Part shown: in pieces, positions 9,241-19,500 of the stretch
Numbering within the stretch: position 1 is the stretch's first letter
Layout: every line of letters begins with the position of its first letter
Virus record (IMG/VR): IMGVR_UViG_3300025121_000020
Length of the DNA stretch: 64,000 nucleotides
Strand: one strand, 5' to 3'
Source of the DNA: an uncultured virus (IMG/VR IMGVR_UViG_3300025121_000020)
Taxonomy: Duplodnaviria; Heunggongvirae; Uroviricota; Caudoviricetes
Notes under the pieces: model-generated
Databases searched by the model: none
What the model was told of the DNA's origin: nothing
Seen by the model: the letters and a program-made list of their open reading frames with translations, nothing else
Translations under genes and position numbers: made by a program

Positions 9241-10485
9241 CTAAACCAACCCAACCGAGGACAACCCCCGATCAGCGTTAAGTTCCTGCTTCACAGACGG
9301 CAGTTTCATCTGGATCTCACAATCCGGATCAGCGCTTCCATCTCCACAGGCTGACACCGTCGAACTAACGGCCAAATTTCTCAAATTAACTGCGGCGTTC
9401 ACATCACGATCATGCGTGACTCCACAAGCTTGACAAGTCCATCTTCGAACGGACAACGGCATCTCTCCGCAAACACCCCCACATGCGGAACACATCTTAC
9501 TCGAGGGGAACCAACGGTCTGCTCGAATGACGCGAACCCCGCGCCAACGCGCCTTATACTCGATCTGACGGTGAAATTCCGCCAATGACACATCCGACAA
9601 CGCTTTCGCCAAATGTGAATTTCGCACCATACCGGCAATGTTTAACGTCTCCAATACCACAGTTCCACAATTCTTGGTTATCGAGTTGCTCGCTTGATGA
9701 AGAGCGTTCTTACGCACGTTACTGACCCGATAGTGCAGCACCGCGACTCGTGCAATCGCTTTTTTTCGGTTACGCGATCCCTTTACCTTTCGACTAACCG
9801 AGCGCTGTAAACGACGAAGGCGAACTTCAGCACTTCGTAACGCCCGAGGATTCTCGAAAATCTCCGCATCACTTGTAATCGCAAGACTTGCAATGCCGAC
9901 GTCTACCCCAACAACACGAGAACTGGTGACGCACGGATTCTGCGCCTCCTGCTCGACTTGAAGGGATACAAACCAACGTCCAGCACACGCGGAGACAGTA
10001 GCGGACAAAATCTTTACACCAGTCTCAGGTAGATACCCGTGTTCTTTGCATCGAAGCTTGCCAAGCCGGGGGAGCTGGACATGCTTTTCGCCTACACGAA
10101 TCGCGCCTGTCAATGTAAAACTCCCGATTCCTCGTTTGCGCGACTTGAATTTTGGAAAGCCTTTGACCTTTGCGTTGCCCTTGCACCTCCGAAAGAAGTG
10201 TTGAAACGCCTTATCAAGGTTCCGAAGAGCTTCCTGCGGCGCAGCTTTAGACACTTCATACATCCAGGGAACACCGCCTTGCTCAACAGCCGTCTTCTTG
10301 AGAGCATTCAACTCTCGGTGAAGATCGATAGCTGATGGACTCTTACCTGTCTCTTCGTACGCAGCGATCTTACGCCGTAGGCCAAAGTTGTATGCCCAAC
10401 GAGCTGCACCTGCGTGCTGAAGTAACGCAGTGCGCTGAACGTCGTTAGGATCCAACTCGGTCTTGTAGGCACGAATAAGTTTCAC
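9241..10485 (-). CDS. tnpB: TnpB RNA-guided endonuclease (IS200/IS605/IS607 superfamily), no tnpA
   Basis: N-terminal HTH (RAYKTELDPN...ARWAYN), 'GFPKFKS', RuvC-I VGVDVG, RuvC-II VLETL, Zn ribbon SSKMCSACG...WTCQACG, RuvC-III HDRDVNAA. Confidence 0.95.
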   Translation of the reverse strand: MKLIRAYKTELDPNDVQRTALLQHAGAARWAYNFGLRRKIAAYEETGKSPSAIDLHRELNALKKTAVEQGGVPWMYEVSKAAPQEALRNLDKAFQHFFRRCKGNAKVKGFPKFKSRKRGIGSFTLTGAIRVGEKHVQLPRLGKLRCKEHGYLPETGVKILSATVSACAGRWFVSLQVEQEAQNPCVTSSRVVGVDVGIASLAITSDAEIFENPRALRSAEVRLRRLQRSVSRKVKGSRNRKKAIARVAVLHYRVSNVRKNALHQASNSITKNCGTVVLETLNIAGMVRNSHLAKALSDVSLAEFHRQIEYKARWRGVRVIRADRWFPSSKMCSACGGVCGEMPLSVRRWTCQACGVTHDRDVNAAVNLRNLAVSSTVSACGDGSADPDCEIQMKLPSVKQELNADRGLSSVGLV

Positions 10486-10530
10486 TTTATGTCCTCGGAC
10501 GCAGCGGCTAGAGGTAGTTTTTAGGTACTG

Positions 10531-10788
10531 TCAACAACCCCGCACGATCTTGAACACGTCAGCCAGCACCACCTGTTCGGGAGGATTCCCCGATCTCTCC
10601 AGCCTTCCCTCCACGTAGACGACGCTGCCATACTTCGCGGCTAGGACCGTGGACACATTTTGCACGGCGTGGCACACCAGCGCGTCCCCCCTCTCAGTGG
10701 CGCTCACATCGAATCGCAGCTTCCCCGTGTTGGTGGATACCCTGCTCTTCAGAACGCCTACTAAGATGACTTTGTTGATGCCTCTCAT
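10531..10788 (-). CDS. Short SSB-like OB-fold protein
   Basis: MRGINKVILVG...GSVVYVEGRL motifs; no acidic tail. Confidence 0.7.
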   Translation of the reverse strand: MRGINKVILVGVLKSRVSTNTGKLRFDVSATERGDALVCHAVQNVSTVLAAKYGSVVYVEGRLERSGNPPEQVVLADVFKIVRGC

Positions 10789-10813
10789 GCGTCACCCCTC
10801 AACACGTCCCACC

Positions 10814-11119
10814 CTACTGGGAAGGGAAAGCCCACTCGCTCGACGGGAACGCAGCGATCTGGTGCACGCGAGTAGTGCCCGCTTCTGTCTGAAGTCTGAG
10901 CAGGGCGTCTTCCCCTGCCAGAAACTCGACTACGCCGATGCCCTCCCAGTGCCACATGGGCCACTGCCCCTTCCCCGTCCCGAACCACTCCAGTTTCGGC
11001 TCTCGAGGTATATAGGCAGCCCCCAGATCGGTCATGTACTGCAATACCTCGTCGAATGCCATGGTATTCTTCGCAGCGATCCGTACTAAGCGATCGGTCC
11101 ATTTTTCAGTTATAGTCAC
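10814..11119 (-). CDS. Hypothetical protein
   Basis: GGAG SD, GTGA-coupled start, co-oriented with neighbours. Confidence 0.6.
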   Translation of the reverse strand: MTITEKWTDRLVRIAAKNTMAFDEVLQYMTDLGAAYIPREPKLEWFGTGKGQWPMWHWEGIGVVEFLAGEDALLRLQTEAGTTRVHQIAAFPSSEWAFPSQ

Positions 11120-11283
11120 TGCCTCTCCTCCTTTTTCGCATCGCGTTTTTCCAGTTGCTGGCGTCTCTCTGGTGACAGGCGGTACAGCAAGCCGTCCGCA
11201 TCGAAAATCGCCCTATGAATCGTGGGGGTATCCCCTGTTGCGTTGGCTTTCTAGATAGCGCGCTTCGCTTGTGCTTTCGTCAC
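11116..11283 (-). pseudogene. 55-codon gene interrupted by an in-frame TAG
   Basis: GTGA-coupled at both ends; reads MTKAQAKRAI*KANATGDTPTIHRAIFDADGLLYRLSPERRQQLEKRDAKKEERQ* with TAG at 11251-11253. Confidence 0.6.
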
Positions 11284-11483
11284 TGCCCATCCTCCCACGG
11301 TATCATCTGGACACCTGTTTTCACCAGCACGCGACCGGGTGTGTCAAGTGTTGGATCCGGGACGTTCAGCGTCACGTGACCGCTCGCGTTGATCGTGAAG
11401 CGAAACCCAGCTCTCTCAGCTTCAAGGAACGCCTCGATGAACTTGAGAGCAATCCTATCCGGCGTTAGGGTACCCCTTGTCAT
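11280..11483 (-). CDS. Hypothetical protein
   Basis: Co-oriented 67-aa ORF in tightly packed operon. Confidence 0.6.
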   Translation of the reverse strand: MTRGTLTPDRIALKFIEAFLEAERAGFRFTINASGHVTLNVPDPTLDTPGRVLVKTGVQMIPWEDGQ

Positions 11484-11493
11484 TTAGACACCT

Positions 11494-12138
11494 TCAAACA
11501 TCCACGCACACCAGCGTCAAGTTATCCCGCATCTCCCCCTCCCTTCCCACAAAATACTCTCGCATCTCCGTCTCGGGCATCGCCAGTACCTCCCTCAGCC
11601 CCTCCGGCACCGCCGCCGGGTGCTTGATGTCCTTCGGATTCCATTCTCGCGGGAACAAGTCCTCGAGCCCGTCCGTCGCCAGTACCACCCTATCCCCTGG
11701 CTTTACGTCCAGCTCCGTCACGAAGATATGATCGCGCGTGCGTGCGTCCGCTCCCAGACACGCTATGAGCCTGTTTTCACCTATGCGGTGCAACGGGGTG
11801 AGCTGCCGGACGGTGCCCCCGCTCACCAGGTACGCGGCGGAGTCCCCCAGGTGCGCGATGCTGGCGTGCCCGTCGTAGACCCGCATCGCGGTCACGGTGC
11901 ACCCCGGCGGACGCTCCCAGGGGAGGCGGAGGTCCTGAATCTGGTCGTCGGCCACCTGAGCGGCGAGCTTCCAGTCATGCGCGCAATGGGTGAAAACATC
12001 CACCGCTACGCGACTGGCCTCTTCTCCTCTGGCATGACCGCCCATCCCGTCGGAGACGACGAAGACGTTGTCGGAGACGAGGAAGGAATCTTCCTGGGTG
12101 TCGCGACGGCCGAGGTACTGGATGATGAATGAGTTCAT
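11494..12138 (-). CDS. PP2C-family Ser/Thr protein phosphatase
   Basis: RDTQEDS, VSDGMGGH..GE.AS, AHLGDS.AY, LATDGL, DNLTLV motifs. Confidence 0.92.
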   Translation of the reverse strand: MNSFIIQYLGRRDTQEDSFLVSDNVFVVSDGMGGHARGEEASRVAVDVFTHCAHDWKLAAQVADDQIQDLRLPWERPPGCTVTAMRVYDGHASIAHLGDSAAYLVSGGTVRQLTPLHRIGENRLIACLGADARTRDHIFVTELDVKPGDRVVLATDGLEDLFPREWNPKDIKHPAAVPEGLREVLAMPETEMREYFVGREGEMRDNLTLVCVDV

Positions 12139-12177
12139 ACTATCCTTTTTACCCTTGCCAAAATGTCAGCGGGGAGT

Positions 12178-12384
12178 TTATTGCGAACCGATCCGGTAGA
12201 CCCCCAATCCGCCGCACAGGCTGCAGACGCTCCTATATTTGAGACATCTCTCCACTACATTCGAACCACCACCACCGCAGAGATCACAATCCGGAGTGAA
12301 TTTCAGGGTGTCCCGGATAATGCTGCGGTAGTTATGCCTGCTAATGCGTAGCTCATCGCTTTCCTTACACAGTGAGTCTGTCAA
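12178..12384 (-). CDS. Small CxxC-CxxC Zn-finger protein
   Basis: RHNYRSIIRDTLKFTPDCDLCGG...VCSLCGG; paralog of 13282..13554. Confidence 0.6.
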   Translation of the reverse strand: MTDSLCKESDELRISRHNYRSIIRDTLKFTPDCDLCGGGGSNVVERCLKYRSVCSLCGGLGVYRIGSQ

Positions 12385-13059
12385 TAGTATCCTCGAGAAA
12401 CGCTACCGTCTCATCCAGGTACCGACGCCTCAGATACGCTACAGCGGCGTCAATATTCTCACCATCCCACACGGGGACACCCCACCGCTCCTGTACGTCT
12501 TCTACCGCTAAACCCTTCCACCGCTCCGCGTACTGTTCCAGAGTTCCCACGTGAGCCACGGGACTCGGATCCTCCGTAAAGTATCGGAGCCAGTACGCCA
12601 TGTGCTCGCGTGCGGCGTCACGCCAGCTCGGCTCGATGCACGCAGGATCGACGTGCCATAGCACAGAATGCCTGCGTGCAAAGTTCGGGTAAGGATGCTC
12701 CGAATGGGGCAATTTTCCAGCGCTGCAGATGTGCCACCCGGGGCCGGGAGACTTACCTGCAAAGCTCTTAGCGCACGCTCTGGAGTACCACGCCGCCCCG
12801 ATGAATTGCTTTGCCGCGTACTCGACGGGTTGTGTACACCTGAACACCCCGTCGTCCCCGCGTGTCCCAAGCACCAGATCCACTCCCCCTGCGCTCTCCC
12901 ACTCCAGCCCGTTACCGTCTCCCACTCCAGCCCGTTACCGTTCACCACAAAGCAGTGGTGCGCCACCTGAAAGACGGAATCTTCCAGACTCTTGCGCGCG
13001 AACAGCGCGGGATAGCGGGCGGTCAGGTTCTCGCAGAACTCAGACCATGTCGGATTCAT
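12365..13059 (-). pseudogene. Hypothetical gene frameshifted by a 23-nt tandem duplication
   Basis: TCTCCCACTCCAGCCCGTTACCG at 12895-12917 and 12918-12940; GNGLEWE appears in both ORF halves; deleting one copy gives one 223-aa ORF. Confidence 0.8.
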
Positions 13060-13281
13060 TCTCTACCCACTTTTCCACGAAGGGAGTGAATGCCTGGCCG
13101 TCGTGGATCACTTTGACATCATCGCAGTATGCACTACCGTACAGAGAGTTCCAGTCAGACGCCACCAGCGCGACGAAGAAGGCCGTTTTGCCCGTCATGC
13201 TGTTCTTGAATTGGGCCAACCCTTGTTCTCCGGCCTCCTCGAAGCAGTCGAGGGCCAGTTTTGGATCAGTAAATGTTGCCA

Positions 13282-13554
13282 TTACGGCATCCCCTCTACC
13301 CTTGCCAACATGTTGGCAGGAAGCTTGTTTCGAATCGGTCCGGCAGAACGCTGCCCACCGCACACGCTGCAAACGTCCCCATATCCGGAGCCCCTCCCTG
13401 AAAATCCCGAACCACCGCAAAGATCACAATCCGGAGTGAATTCCAGGAGGTCACGGATAATGCTGCGATAGCTATGCCTGATAATGAATACCACGGCGAC
13501 CAGCAGGCACACTATCGAGCATAAGAAGACAATCCAGTCGGATGCGTAGCTCAC
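13282..13554 (-). CDS. Membrane-anchored CxxC-CxxC Zn-finger protein
   Basis: GTGA-coupled start; hydrophobic segment, then RHSYRSIIRDLLEFTPDCDLCGG...VCSVCGG. Confidence 0.6.
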   Translation of the reverse strand: MSYASDWIVFLCSIVCLLVAVVFIIRHSYRSIIRDLLEFTPDCDLCGGSGFSGRGSGYGDVCSVCGGQRSAGPIRNKLPANMLARVEGMP

Positions 13555-14577
13555 CTTCGCCTCCACTCTGTTGCACCGCTTGCAACCAGCTTGTGGTAGG
13601 CGTGGTAGGACATGTTCACCCACGCCGCGGCGAACCACAGCCACCACACTCGGTACAGACGTGCCGTCCCCAGCGGCAGGTTGCAGTACCCAGAATGACG
13701 CTGGAAAGGCTTGTTGCACTCCAAGATTAGCATTTTCTCCTCACCAATTCCTCTCCCTTCGGCGTCAACCGGAAAGGGTCTAGTGTTACCAGTCCCCTGC
13801 GTTGCAGCCCGTTTATCGTGCCCCAAAAACCGCCAGCTTGAGATCTTCCGCTTACTCTGGCGCCAGGATCTCTGCCATCTCTCAAGTCCTTCAGGACGCG
13901 CCACATCGTTTCAGTAAGTCGCACTTAAGCTCCTCCTCGATCTTCTTGCATCTCTCCACTCCTAGATAACCCGTCCCCCGACATTCGCTCCCCACAAATA
14001 AGGCGCACCCGAAGCGATAGGTCAGGTTGAATTCAACCCAGACGGGGGCGGTCTCAGGCGTCCTGAGTTCAACGACGCGGTCCCCGTTGTTGTAGACTCT
14101 GGTGCACTTAATCATGCGATCTTCGCGTCCGCGCGCTGCATGCCGTTTCTATACGAAGAGCACCATCTCTTACTCTCGCGAAACGCGTGTCGCGTAGTAG
14201 TGCGCTCGAGCGCACGATACGAGTACAGACTTACCTCTGGAAAATCGACATCGAACGTCCAGATTTCTTCTCGGAGAGGTGTACTGTGGACGATTTCTAG
14301 CACTTTCGCCTCCTCAGCTTGAGATCCCCGCCGTTCTTCGCGCACAATGCGCGACTCCCGTCGCACTGGGACCACACGCGGCCACAGGCGCAGAAGGGCT
14401 CTGGTTTCTGCGAATCCATCGCCTGCTTCTTGCGGCAGGTGTGGCAGATGGGGTCCCGATCAATCTCTGGGAGCGTCTCTTTCTGCCGGGTGACGTCCCA
14501 GCCGCAGCCGGGGCAAGTCCAGACATCCTGGAATTTACCTGTGAAAGTGGGATGGGGAGATTTTCGAAGTTGAATCA

Positions 14578-15099
14578 TCAAGCCGATTCTCCGTATTTCG
14601 CCTGAAGCTTAGCCAGCATTGCCAGCTCAGCTTCTTTTTGTTTCTGCGCTTGCGCAATTCTGGCGGATTCTTTCTTGCGCACCAATTCTGCCGCTGCCTC
14701 TTGCTCGGCGGCTTCCTTCTCAGCCTGCCATCTGGGTAGGTCGTAGATCGCCCATTCCGGTATCTTGGTCCGCCGCGTGCTGTATTCAGGGTGGCACGAG
14801 CACGCTGAGTTCCACTTCTCCCTGACATCTACCACGATACCGCCGTCGTTCTCGGAGAAATCGAGGTCGACGATGGTGTGCTCGATGTAGCGATCTAAAA
14901 TTTGCACTAAATCCCCGGTGGACCCCTCGTCAGTCAACAACCGACAGAGAACCGCCAATTCCAACAGCCGGTTATCGTCCGTTTCGTCGAAGCACGCAGT
15001 TCCGGCGTCGTCGAAGCACGCAGTTCCGGTGTCTTCATAGACCTTCGAATCGACGTCCTTGACAAGGTCGACAAGGCGTTTCCACGTAACAATCCTCAT
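14578..15099 (-). CDS. Hypothetical protein with coiled-coil C-terminus
   Basis: Likely ATG (MRIVTWKR) after GAGGGAG; short in-frame duplication (GTACFD x2). Confidence 0.65.
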   Translation of the reverse strand: MRIVTWKRLVDLVKDVDSKVYEDTGTACFDDAGTACFDETDDNRLLELAVLCRLLTDEGSTGDLVQILDRYIEHTIVDLDFSENDGGIVVDVREKWNSACSCHPEYSTRRTKIPEWAIYDLPRWQAEKEAAEQEAAAELVRKKESARIAQAQKQKEAELAMLAKLQAKYGESA

Positions 15100-15977
15100 C
15101 GCGTCTCCCTCTTCTTCCGGCACGCTTGACAAAACGGGTCCCGCTCGATCTCTTCGAGCGCCTCCCCCTGTCTGGGAACATCCCAACCGCAACCGGGGCA
15201 CGTCCATACTTCGTCGGTACCGAGGGTGCGGGGCTTCATCCCTTCCCTTCGACAGATGGTCCAGGGTTCAAGATGAGAGACACTTCCATCACCAGCGCCT
15301 CGAGCCTCGAAATGCGTGCCTTCAAGGCTTCCAGCTCGGCCTTGACCCTGCGGAGGGCTGGAGTATCCATTTCGGATCCTTTCTCAGCCGCACTGCACGC
15401 CAACGGGCGAGCGTGCACCGTGAAGTATTTCCCGCACCCCTCGCAGTGCCGCAGAAGCTCTGCGGTGTGAGGGTTCGCCTCCGTTGCAGGAGAGTACACC
15501 GAAGCGGGATAAAAGTGCGTAGCCTCTGGAGTATTCACTTTACTACCAAAGAAAGACGAGACACGGGTTTCCCCGCCTCCCACCTTTCCGCGATTCGTGC
15601 TGATCTCTGCGCTTTCGTCCGGTAAGTCTCTCGACACCCAGGACACCAGTGCGCGCTCGTGCACCACGCCAGCACACCAAAGTAACCACCGCACCCGTCG
15701 CAATACCTCATCACATCGGGACCATGCCGTCCTGGCTCCTTTGTGGCGGAGCCACGGTATCCGCCTGTTGGGGAGTACGTGCGCAACTCCCCCGCGTGGT
15801 CCCTACGTGTCAATTGAAACGTAGGGTGCACGGTCGTTTGTACCCTTACCTTTTGCAAAGACTTCTCAATACTCGGAGCCCGCGCCCCTCTGAACTGACT
15901 GCACGTTCCAGGACAAGGCTGCAAGTGGTGTGGTGATAGACCGTGTGCGCAACCTACGCTTACGGAGTAGACGCACT

Positions 15978-16448
15978 TCATAGCTGCAACCTCTCCCGCA
16001 TCGCGTTCATCACCTCTTCCGGGATCGGAGTATACTCGTAGTCCACCGGCACCGAGAAGGTACTCCCCGAACGCTCAGCTACGACCTGCAACCCCGCCGC
16101 GATGGCTTCCTCGAGCGTGGCTCCGCGCTGCGTGAAGCGTCCGCCCCCTCCCATGTTCTCCGTCGAGCGGCAGATTGTGGTGTACCCATAGATAGATGTT
16201 CCCAGATCTGGGAAGAAATACTCGCCCGCATGTTTGCTCTGCACCCGGCACAGGGCGTCGTCTCGCTGCATCCAGCCCACGGCCGCGCATGCTGCGTCGA
16301 TCTCGGCCCGGTAGGCGGAGTCGTCGCCAAAGACGATCCAATCGGACGGCCAGCGAGCATCCCCGCGCGACACTTTGTGAGCGGGAGGAGCGATATCGAG
16401 TAGCTGGAGAATACGCGGGACAGAACCGATTTGAAGTTCTTTTTTCAC
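15978..16448 (-). CDS. Hypothetical protein, first gene of a small-gene operon
   Basis: GAGGAG SD; lies downstream of the promoter at 16523..16551. Confidence 0.65.
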   Translation of the reverse strand: MKKELQIGSVPRILQLLDIAPPAHKVSRGDARWPSDWIVFGDDSAYRAEIDAACAAVGWMQRDDALCRVQSKHAGEYFFPDLGTSIYGYTTICRSTENMGGGGRFTQRGATLEEAIAAGLQVVAERSGSTFSVPVDYEYTPIPEEVMNAMRERLQL

Positions 16449-16460
16449 GGGGTGACTCCT

Positions 16461-16504
16461 CTGAGTGCCTCTCCTGAGTGCCTCTCCTGAGTGCCTCTCC
16501 TGAG
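16461..16504. repeat. 13-nt tandem repeat CTGAGTGCCTCTC x3.4 in a 5' leader
   Basis: Directly visible; each minus-strand unit contains AGGAG. Confidence 0.93.
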
Positions 16505-16522
16505 CGAAGGTAACTGAAGAGG

Positions 16523-16551
16523 AGGATACTTGAAGGCGTGATAGAAGTCAA
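16523..16551 (-). promoter_or_regulatory. Sigma70-like promoter
   Basis: TTGACT-N17-TATCCT preceded by a CTTAAAAAA tract. Confidence 0.7.
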
Positions 16552-16579
16552 GAAGATTTTTTAAGGTTAGGTACTATTT

Positions 16580-19500
16580 TCAATTCGATCTCATGAACCG
16601 TTCTGTTGCCTCGGCAGACTCTTTTTTCTTCCGAGCGTCTTCGGCTGTCACATGAGCCTTCAACCGGTCGGCGATGGGGTGCGATGTAGACAGTAACTTG
16701 TCGCGAGCGTCCTTTGCTGCCGTTTTGGTGGCGATGTGCTGGGCTTTTCTGGCCTCAAACCCCGGAGTCCGGAACAGGTGCTCGTCTTCTGTCCCCGCAT
16801 ACCGCGAATCGAAGGTGGACGGGCTCTGGTGTTTCTCAGCCGCTTGATGCGCAGCGTGCGCTTCCTGCCACTCGGGAGGCATTGCCTTCTCGGATTCCAC
16901 CCTGCTGGCGTCCCAGAGCGCCTCATATTTTTTGGTCGGGAATCCGTAAAGCTTACCCTTGACTCCCTGGGGCTGCACCATCTGGTAATCCACGCCCCCG
17001 CTGTATCGGTGTTCGCCCGTGAGCGTAGCGTGCTGCCCGTTCACCGTGGCGGTTACTGAGCGTTGGAGCGTCCCCACGTTCTCATCCGGTACAAACGCGT
17101 GCCTGACGTGGAGCGCAACTTTGTCCCCCTGAGAACCTACGTGCTCTGCGGTCTGGTGGCCGAGGGCGTTGTAGTCTGTGAGGGGTTGTGTTGGCGCGGG
17201 CGGTATCGCTACCCCACCGGTTCGGGGCGTACCCTGCTGGACGGTGACGGGGTCTGTGGCTTTGGGAAGCAATCCCATATTTTCGGCTACCTGTGATGCC
17301 GGCAGAACGCCTGTATACTGAGACAGGGATTGCAGGCTTTGCTCCGTTTCTCCTTCTACCAAAGCCTGGGCATCCTTTTCTCGCTTCCACGCAACGATCT
17401 CTTTGCCCCGTTCTTCTGGCGTTTGATCCCGTCGCCGGTGACCTTCTTTCACCGCAGCGGCGATTCGTGGTAGGTCCATTTCAAGTGAGGCGATTTCGTC
17501 CGGGGTCAATCTCCCCAACTCTGTTCTGGGATCTTGTGCCCATCCAACGAGATTCACCCGGGGGGCCGCCCGCCACTCGCGAAGTTGACGTTTGCTGAAT
17601 GTATCTTCCGCGGGCTGGACTTTGGCTGGATGCGTGTCCGGATCTGTGGCGGAAAAAGTATCTTTTATCATCTTGTCCTCCTGTACAGGTTCACCTCCTG
17701 TCTTAACAGAAGAACCTTCCGGAGTCAAGGATTTTTTCTTAAAATCCTCATCACGTTTTTGTACTATCCCACGCATCCTCCCCAGTGGGGACGGGTCCTC
17801 CCCTCTCTCCAATCTCTTCCTCTCCTCCGCGCTGCGAACCGGCTTTCCCTCCCCGTCCACCCATCCATACTCGTCATCTCGCTTGTACGTCCTGTCCCCG
17901 AACTTCCGCTCCCTGACCATCTCCGGGTAGTCTGCCAACACCTCCGGCGACACATCTTTTCCCGCCGCCAGCGCCGCCCGCACGGCGTCGCGGTGCTGCT
18001 GCCCCGCCACCGGTGCCAGATGCGACGGTACGGCGCCGTCTAGGGCTGCCAGGCGACCGTGCTTATAGGTGATGTACGTCTGTCGCGGTACCGTTGCCGG
18101 ATCCGCCAGTCGCTCGCGGAGCATCTTTGCCCCTGCCAGGGCATGCTCGAGGTGACGCGGTGTGGCTCCCTCGAGCGAGCGCTTCGCCCATGGTCCGGCT
18201 TTGTCGAGTCGCGCCTCTGGTGAGGATTCCCGCAGGGTCTCTTTCTCTCGCGCGTGGTGCGACAGCTTGCGCATCGTCTCGAGCGCCTCGGGGATGCCTG
18301 TGTGCTTCTTGAAGGCGGGGTCATTCCAAGGACGGGAATAATCCCCACCGCGCTCCCCGGTGTGGTGCTCGGCGACCTCGCGCAGGATGCGCTCGTGGAG
18401 CGCGGTGTCCTGGACGGGGTGGTCCGCGTCCTGCTCTGCCGTGATGGGGAAGACCTTGCCTTCCGCTTTGTTGGTGCGCCAGCCGACGATCTTGTCGTTG
18501 GGGACGCGATGATCGCCCTTGAGCATATCCCGTGATACGTTCCGCAACTCATCCAGGAACTCCCCCCTCAAGAAGTCGTCCGCCAGCGTCTCGCGCAGTT
18601 TGTCCACCGGCATCGCGACTACCCCACCGAACAGCATCGGCCCGCTCGCGTCGTATTGCGCCAGGTAGCGCGCCCTGGCCTCCTCCGGACTCCAGCAGCC
18701 GAGGAATGTCTTGGGCTCGTCGAACGCGCCGTGCTCGTCTAGTTGTCGGACCGTGTAGGAATCCGGGGCGTCTGGTTCGTCGTGAACGACGTACGCGTCC
18801 CACTTGTCGCCCGTGTTGTCGACCGCCCCCAACCCGTGCACTTCCCCGTAGTGAGCGTGCATGAGCGTCGACCAGGGCTTCCCGTCCGGGGCAATACCAG
18901 AGCGGTGGGACCCGCGGGGGTTCTCTACCGCGACAGGGATGCCCTGGTAGCGAATTATGCCCGTGAAAGGGTGATCGCGGCGGTTGAAGCCCGTGTAGGG
19001 GAGGACGGGTACCTCACGTGTGCCCTTGCGCATGGGCATCGAGTACGCTCGGAATAGATCGGCTTGCTCCTTCTCTGTGCCGCCGACTTCTCGAGCGACG
19101 TGCTTCCCTCGCAGACGGGACGCATCGCCGCCATACTTCAGTGCCAGTGCCCGCATCTTTGCCAACCTTCCCTTCCCTCTGACATCCGCAGCATCCTCGA
19201 GGATGCTGTCCTTGTACTCATCCACGGCGTTCAAGACGACCTTCGTCGCGGCCTCCCTGTTCAGTCCCAGCTCATGAGACGCCTCTCGTATGGTGTTGTC
19301 CTGGTGGTTCAAAACGTAGTCATCATAAGGAATACCGTCGATCTCTCCAGATTGGTCCGGTGCCGTCTCTAAGTCGTGCCACTGAGCCACGGCGTCCCGG
19401 AGGGAGGGTGACCAGCGGCCAAGGGCATCGCATGCCTCGTCGGGATTGAAGCCCTTATAGGTACCATCGGTTGTACCGTGCAACGGTAGGTCAACTTTCG

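Noticed and set aside
9241..10485. Cas12-type effector or nuclease-dead TldR
   Set aside because: No CRISPR array nearby, and all three RuvC acidic residues are present.
11251..11253. Genome-wide TAG reassignment
   Set aside because: Long genes are uninterrupted in the standard code, and several (tnpB, portal, 1157-aa gene) end sensibly at TAG.
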